A DNA stretch of 62,669 nucleotides, filler included, from Globobulimina sp. (Eukaryota), in assembly GCA_003354225.1 (NCBI GenBank). It is 44 parts of 44 records of this genome, joined end to end, with 100 filler letters (N's around TTAATTAATTAA, not from the genome) between each part and the next. Parts side by side here need not be neighbours in the genome. Positions count along the whole stretch, not along the records: positions 24,263 to 25,589 come from PIVH01018588.1; positions 25,690 to 27,016 come from PIVH01018589.1; positions 27,117 to 28,443 come from PIVH01018590.1; positions 28,544 to 29,870 come from PIVH01018591.1; positions 29,971 to 31,297 come from PIVH01018592.1; positions 31,398 to 32,724 come from PIVH01018593.1; positions 32,825 to 34,150 come from PIVH01018594.1; positions 34,251 to 35,576 come from PIVH01018595.1; 36 more parts are not named here. One strand, written 5' to 3'. Shown here in pieces: positions 24,263 to 37,806 of this stretch. A program made the position numbers and the translations under genes. How positions within the stretch are numbered: the first letter of the stretch is position 1; each line of letters begins with the position of its first letter. The notes under the pieces are model-generated. The model searched no databases. It saw nothing but the letters and a program-made list of their open reading frames with translations, and had not been told where the DNA came from.

Positions 24263-25323
24263 GTCGAATTCGGTCTGCCACGAAACTGTCATAGCATCAA
24301 AACTCACTTTTTCTAATATCAAAACGGGCGCGGTCGGCCGGTCACAATTATCCACAGCCACTGCTTCTAAGAATGTCGAAATGGCTTTGAGCGGCATCAA
24401 AACTTTTATTTCCGGCTGAATATTGATGCATATTTTGCTGTGTATTAATTATAACAATGCCACAAAATCCTAACTTGAGTAACTAAGCTAAGCGGCACTT
24501 TGTTGTCCATCACATTGTTGATCATGGCCATAATTTGCATTTTTCGCCTATGAATATCCAAACTAACATCGCTGATCAACCGCTCATATTCCTTCTTACC
24601 GTCAGAGATCTGCAACTTATACGATATCAATTCATCGTTTTGCTGTTGCAATGCTTTAATTTTATACTGCTCCAACTCATCAATAACAGCCGTCAGCTCT
24701 TCCTGCCGTAACTTCATTTGTTCGAATAATAATTCAAATTTCTCATTTAAGTCTGCCTTGGCGTTCTGACTCGACTCTGCCACCAATTTGTAGCATTTCA
24801 ATATGCTTTCGTTTAATGTCGAAGTCATATCATAGCGTTTATACATTTTCTCCATAGCTTCGTGTTCCTGCGGTGAGACAATGACATGTTGCAATTGCAC
24901 TTTGTTGTCGATATGGACTGGCTCTGCTTCCTCGGCATTCATATTATTTATGTTCAACTCTATCATGTCATTATTGATATTATCTGCAATCACATCATCC
25001 GTTGGATTTGCTGATGGCGCAGCGGGTGCCGCAGGTGCAGCCATTCCGGAGTCTTTCAATGTATTTTTGACGCCATTAATAATGCGCGTTGTGCTTAATG
25101 TGTCAAATTGTAATTCCTTGCAAAATGAACGTAAATCAGTTTCATTGAATTCTAACAACTCTTCGATCGTAATCTGTCGCTCTGTGAATATTTGTTGTAC
25201 GTCTTCGACGTTTGTTATTCGGTTTACTGACAACCAGACATCCACTGCGATTGTATGGCCTTCTTCGTCTGAGTCGTCGTTCCCTTCTGCTTCCACAAAA
25301 ACAGAGGCTGGCTTAGCTGCCAT
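24263..25323 (-). CDS. SAM + coiled-coil + fibronectin-III protein; intron 24416-24474; 3' truncated
   Basis: VDVWLSVNRI...FTERQITIEELLEFNETDL (SAM); long coil; after a GTTAGG...TTCAG intron, RPTAPVL...MTVSW (FN3). Confidence 0.65.
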
Positions 25324-25713
25324 CGATCAGACTGTGATAAAAAAAAAGGTTTTTGAGTTTAACAGTTATAATTTTCAACCAAGTCACCGTAGCCATATTG
25401 TAACAAATCATATTTAACGATATATTGAAGCATTACATTCCAGATTTTGCATATCTCATTTTCAGCAAACTGTGAATAAAATTGATGTTTTGTTAAATAC
25501 AAACTCGAGTTATCCCAATCTCCGATTTTAGCTCTTTTAATATATTTATTTCTCGGCAAAGTTCTATGTTTATTTTGATTAAATATGCANNNNNNNNNNN
25601 NNNNNNNNNNNNNNNNNNNNNNNNNNNNNNNNNTTAATTAATTAANNNNNNNNNNNNNNNNNNNNNNNNNNNNNNNNNNNNNNNNNNNNCCCCTTTGTAT
25701 ACCGAAAATTCAA

Positions 25714-25901
25714 TTATAAATTTGTTTTGACTTTGTTCTGGATTTGCAAACCCAAAACAAAGTTATAACAAACCCAGAACAAACTCAAGACAAACCTATA
25801 GCAAACCGTTTCTGGATCTGAAAAGCGTTTCTCAGATAATTGAATAAAATGTATACAACTTGTGGACCAGGTGGGGGTTATCTTTTGGAATATATCGTTT
25901 A
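25714..25901 (-). repeat. Dispersed non-coding repeat, MITE-like (copy 2)
   Basis: About 190 bp colinear with 32533-32724 in the opposite orientation. Confidence 0.85.
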
Positions 25902-26000
25902 AAGATGGTAAAATTCTTAATTCGGAAAATATTTCACCCAAAACTGCCTAAAGAAAAATTTCTATAATGACTCTTTTCGTAAAAACGTTACCTTTCTGAA

Positions 26001-27016
26001 ATGGTTTCAACAAAACTTAAAACGGGATACATTGCAAAATTTGCAATAATCACATTTTGTATTCTCAGTATAGCATTCGGTGAAACAGTACAAATTGCAG
26101 ATAAACATTTCGATGATCCGTATGCTCTTTATTACTTAAACACGGTTATAGGCGCATTAATGTGCTTATTTATACTACCAATATGGCGATATTATAGATG
26201 GAGATTTAATTTATCTGCCAATATAATTAAACCACAAACAGATTACAATTCATATATTCGGTTTGCAACCGGTACCATTTTGAGTGGTATTTTATATGGA
26301 ATTTGTGGTATATTACTAACTAAATCATTGAAAGGCAATACAATCACAGTGACAACAAGTAATGCCATCTCTGGCATGGAACCTATTCCTACTTTTATTT
26401 TATCAGTTTTGTTTCTCAAACAAAGAGTAACTTTATCGAGTATTTTAGCAATATTTATGGCAATGACTGGCATTTTACTTTTCGTTTTTGAATTATCATC
26501 ACCTGCACAACAAACGAATCATGAAACATATGACACATATTATGGTATTATATTAACCATAACATGGACTGTTGTCTATTCTGTGACTGGTATCATACTT
26601 AAAAAAATATTTCAATATATCGTAAAAGACCAGTTTATAATTGGTGGCATATTAATTTATGTAATTCAAGGCATTGTTGTGGCAATTTTATTTTGGTGGA
26701 CCCTGCTTTATCCAGAAACAGTTACTGTTAATTCATTTACATACAGCGGATTGTTATGGATCATTATTAGCGGATTAACCATGTTTGCATTGTTTTTATC
26801 TGCTTATGTTGCCATTGCATTGACATCACCATTTTATTTGGGAATAGTGTCCCAATTAGCAATTCCATTGTCGTTTCTTGTTGATGTGTTTGTTCACAAT
26901 TACAAATTCAATATATATGCGATATTTGGAGCCTTGTTTATCATCTCTTCTTTTTTAATCTTGGAAATTAAACCAAAATGTAATAAGATTTGCTCATTTT
27001 TTGGATATTATAAGGA
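26001..27016 (+). CDS. DMT/EamA (SLC35F-like) transporter
   Basis: About 10 TM helices; ITVTTSNAISGMEPIPTFILSVLFLKQRVT, IALTSP, LAIPLSFLVD. Confidence 0.8.
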
Positions 27017-27116
27017 NNNNNNNNNNNNNNNNNNNNNNNNNNNNNNNNNNNNNNNNNNNNTTAATTAATTAANNNNNNNNNNNNNNNNNNNNNNNNNNNN
27101 NNNNNNNNNNNNNNNN

Positions 27117-28443
27117 TCTTCAACAACAAATACTCGACCAGCCACTCGACCAAGCTCATGGAACCGACCTGTCAGGACACTTCGGTCTAAGTAAAGTTTA
27201 CAAGAAATTGAAGCGAAAATACTGGTGGAGAAACATGCGTGGAGAATTAAAATCACACATCCACAGCTGTTTATCATGTGCAGTCCGCCAAGGAAACAGC
27301 CTTCGTCACGAACCACCTTTACAACCAATACCAAGTCCAGATAAACCCTGGGAATTGTTGGCCATGGATTTAGTCGAACTCCAACCTACTGAAAAAGGAA
27401 ACAAGTATGTATTAGTAGTGGTCGACCATTTTTCCAAATACATGCACGCTATTCCATTACCCAACAAAAAGGCAATTACCGTGGCAGAAGCATTGAGAGA
27501 CAACGTGTTTCAACGATTCGGTACACCAAAACGGATTATCACGGACCGAGGAAGAGAATTTACCGGCGCCCAAGTGCAACAAACCCTGAAAGATTGGAAC
27601 GTGAAGCACAGTACAACCACACCATTACATCCTCAAGGAAATGGGTTAGCTGAGAAATTAATTAGAACCTTGGCAGACATCATCTCCAAGATTGTATCGG
27701 CAAATGGACAATACTGGGATGAACAAATAGCTTACGCTGTTTGGGCCTACAATCAGACACCGGCCGATTCAACCGACATCAGCCCCTATCAGTTATTTTT
27801 CCATCGAGAAAGTAATTCTGTTGGTCACAGCGCCATTGAACAGCTTCCAGTAACCGTATACCCAAGTGGACAAACAACTTCAGAAGAAACGGCACTACAC
27901 GACCTTTACTTGGAACACGCTCGAATCAGTTTACAAGAGAGCAAAAGACGACAGAAAATACAATATGACCGAAGATGGAAAGTAAGCCCAAATTTGTACA
28001 AAGTAGGAGACAGAGTTATGGTGTTTCATCCCGACAAACGCAAAACTAAACTCAGCGCACTATTTGCTGGACCATATGAAATTGTCAAAATTAAAAACAC
28101 CGTGGCTTACACAATCCCAATGAAACCGAAGAAAAACAATAAACCTCATGCAGTCAACTTCGATCGATTGTCACTATGTTATCCAGAACTTCCCAACTAC
28201 ACCTTTGAAGGAAGAAAAGGAGAACTCGTCCCTGTGACCTTACGGTCCCAACCTCGAAAGGGGGAAGTCATGACATCAGATGACATGAAAGACGAAAACG
28301 ATGAAGCTCAATCGAAACCGAATCCTGAAACAGGAGGAGTTGAACCAAGCGATTCGGACGACGACGATACGATAACTGAAGATACGGTAGCAAATTCACC
28401 ATCCGCAATCGATGTCTCAATTTTGGAATCAGAATCGTCCGAC
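27117..28443 (+). mobile_element. Ty3/Gypsy LTR retrotransposon integrase
   Basis: HHCC finger (AHG..GHFG..CLSC), AMDL, ITDRG followed 35 aa later by E (GNGLAE), GPY module FAGPYEIV; frame uninterrupted. Confidence 0.95.
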
Positions 28444-28544
28444 NNNNNNNNNNNNNNNNNNNNNNNNNNNNNNNNNNNNNNNNNNNNTTAATTAATTAAN
28501 NNNNNNNNNNNNNNNNNNNNNNNNNNNNNNNNNNNNNNNNNNNA

Positions 28545-29320
<776 letters not shown>

Positions 29321-29598
29321 TTTACTGAAACTGTAGATTCAATCTACAGAAATTTATTTGTTTCTCCGCTATAAATTTATATATTTTTATATATACATTC
29401 GGAGCCAAACAAACAAACAAACAAACAAACTGTTCTCAATTGTTTAATTTTAATTTATTTCTCTGCAGTACTGCTTACAATTATATGATGCCTCTGATGT
29501 AGCTTTATTTTGACAAGCTGTTATGTTTTTTGTAGTAACCATCACAAAACTTTCTCTATCTTCGCATTTGCAATTATGATCGCATTATAACAACAATA

Positions 29599-29870
29599 AT
29601 GTCTTGGAAACCCAAAAAAGAAGCAAAGGATACTCGTAGACGCGAACAATCTGCAAGTTCTAGAGGCAGACCATCAAACAGAGGCAGAGGTAGAGGTACA
29701 AGCACTCGCGGAGGTAGAGGCAAAGGCAGAGGTGCAAGAACACGCGGAGGCAGAGGGGGCAGAGTATGCAGAGGAGGAAGGGGCAGAGGCAGAGGCAGAG
29801 GCAGAGGAAGAGGCAGAGGAAGAGGCAGAGGCAGAGGGCGGGGCAGTTATAGAGGTAGAAGCAGAGGAAG
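29599..29870 (+). CDS. RG/RGG-repeat protein 5' end
   Basis: ATG start and long (RG)n encoded by AGAGGC repeats. Confidence 0.55.
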
Positions 29871-29970
29871 NNNNNNNNNNNNNNNNNNNNNNNNNNNNNN
29901 NNNNNNNNNNNNNNTTAATTAATTAANNNNNNNNNNNNNNNNNNNNNNNNNNNNNNNNNNNNNNNNNNNN

Positions 29971-30675
29971 GCATACTTTGAGAACATCAGCCAGCTGAAC
30001 TTTTTCAAAGCGGTCAAGTTGCTCAGTTTTGTCTACACCAATCACTTCATTTAATAACTTTTGTTGCAGAGCCATTAATTTTGCAAAATCATCATTTAAG
30101 CCATCCATTTTTGTTTGCATTTGACCGGTTTTCTGCGGCGTTGCAATTGTTTTCGTTTTTGTTTCTGTTTCGGTTTTGTTTTTTAAATCTTTATTCCAAA
30201 ACGATTCACATTTTGTTGTGTTTGTTTTGTTGTTGTTTGCTTTTGTTTTATTGTTATGTTTAATCAGTGCATGGATATCGTTATTATTATTTTGATTTTT
30301 CTCATTATTATCATTATTGTCAGGTTTATTATGATAATTTATTGTATTTGCGGTTATTTTTGGTCCTCTCTGAACAATGCCTTTCCAGCCTTTACCAGTT
30401 TTGGTACATTTTGGATTGCGGCACATAAAAATGTAAACATTCCGTTGGCATTGCTCCGCCATTAACGGCGCGTTTATTTGTGTTAATAAATACATTTTAT
30501 GCTTACACGATAAACAATCAACTTGTTCTTTTGTTTTTTGCCATAAATAGAAATATTTCGCAATTCCACCAACTTTTATAACCGTTGCATCCAAAGGGTT
30601 GTCATCTTCGATCCATGCACCTGGAATTCCTATAGATGCGTGTTGCCGCACCAATTTATCTGTTGGGATAGCCAT
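29971..30675 (-). CDS. PDCD2L: PDCD2-like/TSR4 protein, N-terminal part
   Basis: KVGG...CLSCKHKMYLLTQINAPL...RNVYIFMCRNPKC...GW. Confidence 0.75.
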
Positions 30676-30735
30676 TAATTGATTTATTAAACTCAGCAAA
30701 AACAAATTAAATCGAAAATCCTTATTTGTATTAAA

Positions 30736-31297
30736 ATGGTAAAGTCATCAAACCAAAAGCAACAAACCAAAGTTGCCCCAAAATCAAACAATTACAGTAA
30801 CAGAAATAAACTCTATCGGAGTTCCCAAAAAGCAAAAGCAAAAAAAATATCATATCGAAAACGAAAAAAAAACCAACAAGAATTCGAAGTGAGAGATTAT
30901 TTTAGAAAAAACCGGATCAAAAACAAGCTCAATCGACAGAGCAGGCTCAGCAAAATAATGCTCCAGAATCGTAATGCTCGGCCTCGAAGACCAAAGCGAC
31001 GGACATTAAGTTTAAATAAACCAGAAAATATATTCAATTTAGCAATTCTCAAATCATTACGTAAACCGTCAATGGACTTAAATATTTTAAAAGAGAATGA
31101 TGCCTCACCAAAACCATCAAAATCACCCCCACCAAACATGGATATTGACACTAATGACAGTAATGATGCAAAAGTGGAAGAAATTCGGTTTAAATTATCC
31201 AATTTACCAACAACTTATGAGCCAGGAACAAGTATCGAGTTAGCACCGCAAATTAATGTTCGACATTGGAAAACCGTTCAAAATACACATAATTCAA
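30736..31297 (+). CDS. Basic K/R-rich protein 5' part, head-to-head with PDCD2L
   Basis: ATG ORF of about 187 codons running into the gap. Confidence 0.6.
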
Positions 31298-31490
31298 NNN
31301 NNNNNNNNNNNNNNNNNNNNNNNNNNNNNNNNNNNNNNNNNTTAATTAATTAANNNNNNNNNNNNNNNNNNNNNNNNNNNNNNNNNNNNNNNNNNNNAAA
31401 GAAAAAGAAAATGGAACAATTGCACGCACCGCAAACAGATTACATTTTGATCAGAATTTCGAAAAACAAATAAAAACAACATATTCAAAC

Positions 31491-32135
31491 ATGATCAGTT
31501 CAATGATTAATAGAGAAATAATAGAATATCATGCTCTGTCCGGTGCGCATGCGTCTTATTTAATATTAAACAATAAAACGTATTTAAATCAAGAGGTGTT
31601 ACAATATTTGGAAATTGCTGACCATACATTTAAAATTCCAGACTCATTATCTTACATTTACTTAGAAGGCAATAATTTAGATTCATTACAACAGTTTTTA
31701 TTTGAAAGTATTAATATTGAACATTTAACCATTGCTAATAATAAGTTTACCCGTTTAGATGATGAAACATTTGGTCTGCCATTCGCTGTGGAGGCTGTTG
31801 ATATTTCCAATAATCCAATTCAAGGAGTTATTGACTTCAAGGCATGCAATGCTACTCTTACAATGACAGAGCACTTTTATATGAAAGGATGTAAATATGT
31901 AACAAGACTGGTAAATATACCCAAAACATTACAATTTCTTAACATTTTCAATTCAGGGATTACATCGCCAAATCAATTAGAATTTGAGAATGGAATGGGA
32001 TTAACACAAATTACAACCAATCTAAATCAAACAAAAGTGTGGGAAGCGTTTTTGCGTGAAACTGGCAGAGAAGTGCGGGTTTGTGACAGTGTGATATATA
32101 ATGAAATGGTAATTATAACGATATGTGTATATTGA
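31491..32135 (+). CDS. Leucine-rich-repeat protein
   Basis: LSYIYLEGNNL, IEHLTIANNKF, VEAVDISNNPI, LQFLNIFNSGI. Confidence 0.7.
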   Translation: MISSMINREIIEYHALSGAHASYLILNNKTYLNQEVLQYLEIADHTFKIPDSLSYIYLEGNNLDSLQQFLFESINIEHLTIANNKFTRLDDETFGLPFAVEAVDISNNPIQGVIDFKACNATLTMTEHFYMKGCKYVTRLVNIPKTLQFLNIFNSGITSPNQLEFENGMGLTQITTNLNQTKVWEAFLRETGREVRVCDSVIYNEMVIITICVY

Positions 32136-32532
32136 TTGAGTGTGTCTGTTAACAGTCCATTTGTTGGTTATTTGAAAACTTTCTTCCTTTTTCCTCTGGT
32201 TACCATAGAACCGTCACCGAGGAAAACAGCAAACTCAAACGTACATTTTTCGATTTAAAACGCTCACTTTTTTTTTACTTGAGCTAACTGTTTAGTTTCA
32301 CCAACCAATTCCTCTCCTCCTTTTATTTTATTTTATTTTTTTTAATTGGTTGTGAAATTTTACGATTTGTTCTTAGTATTACACAAACTGTTCTTTTTGT
32401 AGACACTCAATCTAAACTTCTATGGTAAACACAGTGATTAACTAAGTTAATGGACCTAGTCCATAGGAAATTGAGCTGTTCTATTAGACTTGCTAGTGCT
32501 AAGCAAGACAAAAAACTTCAGTTTAATTGCAC

Positions 32533-32724
32533 TTAACGATATATTCCAAAAGATACCCCCCCTGGTCGATAACTTGTATACATTTAATTCAATTATCTGA
32601 GAAACGCTTAGCAAATCCAGAAACAGTTTGCTATAGATTTGTCTTGGATTTGTTCTGTGTTTGTTATAACTTTGTGTTGGGTTTGCAAATCGAGAACAAA
32701 GTCAGAACAAATTTGAACCATGCA
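32533..32724 (+). repeat. Dispersed non-coding repeat, MITE-like (copy 3)
   Basis: Colinear with 25714-25901; begins TTAACGATATATTCCAAAAGATACCC. Confidence 0.85.
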
Positions 32725-32825
32725 NNNNNNNNNNNNNNNNNNNNNNNNNNNNNNNNNNNNNNNNNNNNTTAATTAATTAANNNNNNNNNNNNNNNNNNNN
32801 NNNNNNNNNNNNNNNNNNNNNNNNA

Positions 32826-34150
32826 GACGAAGATATCCGTAGCGAATTATTGAACGATTTTGAAAACGATAAACACGGAAATGTTTATTTGAAGTCGAAG
32901 GCAGCGATGATTGCAAAATTAAATGGAGATATCGAAGGCTTTAAGGATAACATTGTCAGCCAACTCCGTGAAAGGCTGTACAATGCAAATAATCGCAACT
33001 TACCGCAAAGTGAAATAGCGGAAAGTGACGTTGATGCAGATATGAATGATGACGCTATGAACGACTCAAACGCAGCAAATAGTGTGGCCGCAGGTGTTCC
33101 GCTCGATGCTAATAACAATTTAAATCATTTTCGATTTGGTATTAATGCATTTAGTGAGAGCATGAAAGCAGAGCAGATCCGTAAACTGCGCGAAAATATG
33201 GGAAAAAAAGGCGCTATTATTACAAAAGAAGAATCGGCACAGATTATGGAATATTGTTTGTTTAGCGACCATATTGTTGCTGAATTATTAGGTAACAAAT
33301 CTATACAAAGAATTGACGGAAAAATCAAACTTTCGGGCATTGAGAAGTTCGAAAATGCCAAAAAGTCGCAAGATCGGTACTCGTTTGACGGGTATTAGGT
33401 GGCTTTGAGCATCAACAACATTAACAACATTGTAAAAATATGGTTGATTGCCCCAAGCCCCCCCATTGTAAAAAAAATCAAATTATTACGTCTCGCGATA
33501 ATTCCTCCAATTATTGCGATCAAATTGTTGCAACGGAGGACTGTCATAATTTATTTCGAAGCAAAATTGTAAGAAATTGTAAGTTGCGGTATAGCTCACT
33601 TTCAGACAGCAATGTATGTGCTGGCAAGGAATGTGATGACTGCAATATTGAAAATCAAAGTGTTTTAACAAATGTTTTATTAAAAAATGTATCCTGTGGC
33701 GACGCCGTAGCTGGTAACGGTGATGATGGCGGAGCTATAGATTTAGGTACAAATTGTTTAAATAATACGTGTGATGTCGATGATTGTGACGAATGTGACA
33801 ATCAATTGTATGATGACGTTATGAATGAGATTGAGAGCAATAATAAATTGAGAAATGAGTATTTGTTTGGACGAGAGAGCGGTTTATTGATTTGTCAGTG
33901 GAATGTGGATGGTTTCACAATGAATATCAGGACGCATTTACATTATATAATTTGTACAAAATGTCCGGATATATTTGTGTTGCAGGAAGCGTATAAGTTT
34001 TATGATGAGAATTGTAATAATTGGAAGATGCAAATTGACTATGCTCAACTAAGTGATTTTCGAGACCGTTACATTTCATGTCTCCAATGTCTACACTTGT
34101 CTTTTAGATTGGCGATCCTAAATATGAATCTCATTAATGAATTTCGTCTA
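32826..34150 (+). mobile_element. Probable decayed non-LTR retrotransposon: ORF1-like region plus start of AP endonuclease
   Basis: LLICQWNVDGF...PDIFVLQEAY (APE motifs I-II) after a Cys/Asp-rich region; upstream ORF broken at 33398. Confidence 0.55.
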
Positions 34151-34250
34151 NNNNNNNNNNNNNNNNNNNNNNNNNNNNNNNNNNNNNNNNNNNNTTAATT
34201 AATTAANNNNNNNNNNNNNNNNNNNNNNNNNNNNNNNNNNNNNNNNNNNN

Positions 34251-34535
34251 CATTTGAGTGCCATAGGAAACAGAGCATATGCAGTTTATTGTCATGGTAC
34301 CAGCTATGCACAATTACGGCAACATGAACAAGATGTAAATGGTCCAAATTATGGCATCTCCCTCGTCGAAGGTGATATTATTACAATGAATATTGATTTG
34401 GATCCGTTATTATTATCATTTAATATCAATAATAAAGATTATGGAAAGGCATTTAATATAAAAAAAAGCAAATACAGAGCAGCAGTCAGTTTTGCTTGCA
34501 AAGGCTCTTCAATTGAATTAATATCAGCTACATAA
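34251..34535 (+). CDS. B30.2/SPRY-like domain C-terminus
   Basis: YGISLVEGDIITMNIDLDPLLLSFNINNKDYGKAF...YRAAVS. Confidence 0.7.
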   Translation, partial: HLSAIGNRAYAVYCHGTSYAQLRQHEQDVNGPNYGISLVEGDIITMNIDLDPLLLSFNINNKDYGKAFNIKKSKYRAAVSFACKGSSIELISAT

Positions 34536-34795
34536 CTATTAATAAACTGACTGTTCAAAATATATATATACTTTGTTTGTGTTTTTAGTTTGAAACTAAA
34601 AAATAGGTGATGATAAAAAAAAAGATCTTATGATACGATATGATGAATAGTTTAACCCCTTGAAATAGGTAAAAATTATATTGGTTTTCGCCTTCATTTC
34701 TCAGAAACAATAAAAATCTGACGCTTTATAATAAAACCGGAAGCAAAGTAGGTTAGGGACTGAAAATTTTACGAAACGAAAAACTTTATATATCA

Positions 34796-35576
34796 ATGGC
34801 ACTAATTTCATTAATAATACTTATTGCAGCAATAATTAAGTTAGATGGGCAACAATCAACCTCTGTTGACATTGATTATTATTTTTCATCAAAAGCAAGT
34901 TGTAATGTGTCATTCCACGCTGATTATGACTTATTATTTGAAATGCATATAATTGATGTTCAAAATGCATTGATTATTGACAATAATTTAAAACATTTTA
35001 TCTTATATTGGTTACATTCACGCTTGTATTGGTTAATCGATTCGTCATTTTTATACGATACGGATGAATACACACTTAGTTTATGGAATGAATACTGCTT
35101 ATATTTATTATCAATATCCAATGCTAGCAATAATCCTAAAACCATAACTTTATATATAGATATTGTTATATCTCAAATAGAAATCCTACAAATAATCACT
35201 ACAACGCTACAAAAAAATGGTTTGTATACAATAAAACTGCATAAACAACACTAGTTACCCTACAACCAAAGGTGAGGAAATCGCAGCATATGTACGGTAT
35301 CAATTGGGTGAATACGTGAATAAGCACTACAGTAATTATAATATGACTGGCAATGATTTGTATATCAATTTAATGTTAATTTCGCAGATAACCACCACAG
35401 ACATCGACATCGACATAGATACTGTGTCTCGATCAGTATCTGTTAACAACGATATCTATGTTTTAATTATTTGTGTGTGTATCAGTATGATTATAATTGG
35501 ATTCGTTTCGGTGTCTTTGTTTGTTTATAAGAGAGGGAATTTTATGGGACAGGGAAAATTTAACATCTTTTCTTTC
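34796..35576 (+). CDS. Signal-peptide + TM protein of unknown function; intron about 35220-35271
   Basis: GTTTGT...CCAAAG joins the two ORFs in frame; TM VLIICVCISMIIIGFVSVSLFVY. Confidence 0.55.
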
Positions 35577-35676
35577 NNNNNNNNNNNNNNNNNNNNNNNN
35601 NNNNNNNNNNNNNNNNNNNNTTAATTAATTAANNNNNNNNNNNNNNNNNNNNNNNNNNNNNNNNNNNNNNNNNNNN

Positions 35677-37002
35677 GTTTATGGTGCGCCAGAATCTGCG
35701 TCCATAATCTTTACATGTTTGGATGTATCTATTTATTTTGTCATTATATTTTGCTTTCGCAATGGTTATTTGTTTATACTTTCGGGATTGGAATTTGTTT
35801 AGTTTTATTTTCTCTCGATTATATCGCGGGAAGTCATGTAAATGCAATCTTAGGCGTTTTGCGTTCTTCTTCATTCTCTGCAATCGCCGTCTAGGTGTCG
35901 TGCATTTTTTCTTTAATTGTTTTATTTTTCTATTCCACCACGGCTTATGTCCGCGGTAATAAGTTTTATATCCGATAGTTTGCTCTGATACATATAATAT
36001 TAGATATGTCAGTTGTTCTGTATATATGTTTGGGTTATTATCAAACTTTGTTTCTTTTAAAGCTTTATCAAGCTTTTCTGTGTACTGTAGTTTTTCCACT
36101 TTGACTGACTTCCTAAGTTCCACGTTTTCCTATTCTCATCAAATCCGAAATCATGCGTAACGTCGAAGGCTGTTATTATAGGGATATGATCCGAGCAGTT
36201 TTTATCATATAATGAATGGAGAATATTCCATTTCGTATGTTTTAAGTCATCGGATAATAATGTGAGGTCAATGGATGATTTGGTGCCATAGGATTTGTGG
36301 ATGTGTGTGAATGATGGATTATTTTCATTGAGGATTTGTAGGTTTATGGAGTGGATGCCATCAATAAAATTATTTGATTCAACTGTTGATCGGTTACTCT
36401 CTGTCGCCACTGTGCATTATGATACTTGTAATGTGGCAATTTTTTGTACGATTATCATGGTTGTAATTTTGTGGGACTTTCAAGGGAGTGACATTTAGTG
36501 TTTTACGGTACAATATAGCTGTTTCTGTTCCAGTATGGTGTACATTATAATTTGGGAAGAACTGGATTGGGAACTTAATTGGATGGGAGATATTATTTGT
36601 GTCAATATAATGAGTATCTCCTGTCTGCAGTGGATAGCGTAACGTAGCACTCCATTCCTGCAGAAGGAGGAAATCTATTCGTTTGGAGCACATTATTTGA
36701 TTCATTCTCCGACATTTATTCTCTGCCGACATTTTAGATGGGTTAATTATTCCACATATGTTATATTGCAATATCTTATAATTAACCATCTTTTATTGTG
36801 TTTTTGTATACGTTTTTTGTTCTTTTTTTCAAGTTTATTTTTTTGTTTCGTTTTAAAGTCAGTTTTTGAGTCAGTTCACAAGTACAAAGTTTACAGGGTT
36901 TCAATTGAGAATGTATTTGTTTGCTTATTAATTCACATTGTTTAAAAAGGAATATGCAGATTGGAGTAGAGGATCTTATATGTTTGGTAAACGGCACGCA
37001 CA
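35677..37002 (-). mobile_element. Decayed non-LTR retrotransposon: ORF1 end overlapping ORF2 start, APE endonuclease, linker
   Basis: KILQYNICGI, IDFLLLQEW, SSIDLTL, SDHIPI, KPWWN, FWRTIN across three frames. Confidence 0.85.
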
Positions 37003-37104
37003 NNNNNNNNNNNNNNNNNNNNNNNNNNNNNNNNNNNNNNNNNNNNTTAATTAATTAANNNNNNNNNNNNNNNNNNNNNNNNNNNNNNNNNNNNNNNNNN
37101 NNTG

Positions 37105-37620
37105 AGCAAATCTGAAGAGGAGTTTACGGATTTATTTGGAAAATGGCAATGTAGAAAATATATTGCGCCTAAAATTGGAGCAAATGATAAATTGCCAGTG
37201 AATTCGCGCGGAAATATAGAGTTGTGGAGCGATGTGCATTTGCCTGAAGGCTGTGTCCATATTTCAAGGAATGGGGCTGTCTTTGCAGCGAAAAGGATGG
37301 AAATTGAATATGCCATAGCCATGGTTGGATTTGACCAACGGAGAGGAAGATCTGTTCCAGTCTTTGATGGGATTGTTGTACATAAAAGTTATAAAAGTGA
37401 GCTAAATCGGATTACGGATGAAATGGATATAAAACGTAAAGAAAAGGAACAAGAAAAGGAACAGAAATTAATGTGTGGTTTGTGGCGAATGCTGGTTCAG
37501 GGAATTATTGTGCAGCAACAGTTGGAAAGTAAAGCCAGACAAAAGGAATCAAATAAAAAAATTGTTACAACAAAAGAATTTAATGCAAGGATGAATAAAG
37601 ATAATGTTGAGGATCTTTAA
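37105..37620 (+). CDS. XPC: XPC/Rad4 DNA damage recognition protein, C-terminal BHD2-BHD3
   Basis: LFGKWQ...LPVNSRGNIELW...LPEGCVHI...AMVGFD...PVFDGIVV...LWRMLVQG. Confidence 0.9.
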   Translation, partial: SKSEEEFTDLFGKWQCRKYIAPKIGANDKLPVNSRGNIELWSDVHLPEGCVHISRNGAVFAAKRMEIEYAIAMVGFDQRRGRSVPVFDGIVVHKSYKSELNRITDEMDIKRKEKEQEKEQKLMCGLWRMLVQGIIVQQQLESKARQKESNKKIVTTKEFNARMNKDNVEDL

Positions 37621-37806
37621 TATTTGTAAGGAATACATCGCGTGCTACCATCAACTAAATTGTTGTTCAAATAAATATAAGTAATATCAGGCTAAGCAAA
37701 TCCATGAAAATAAATGTAAAATTAAATATTTCCTCCTTTTTATCAGGATATATGATCGAATAAATTTATTGTCAACAAACAACAGGAACTCACTCGATGT
37801 CAAAGT

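Noticed and set aside
25714-25941. 75-aa ORF with an apparent paralogue at 32527-32772
   Set aside because: Similarity is at DNA level with an indel that shifts the frame near the start; better explained as a non-coding repeat
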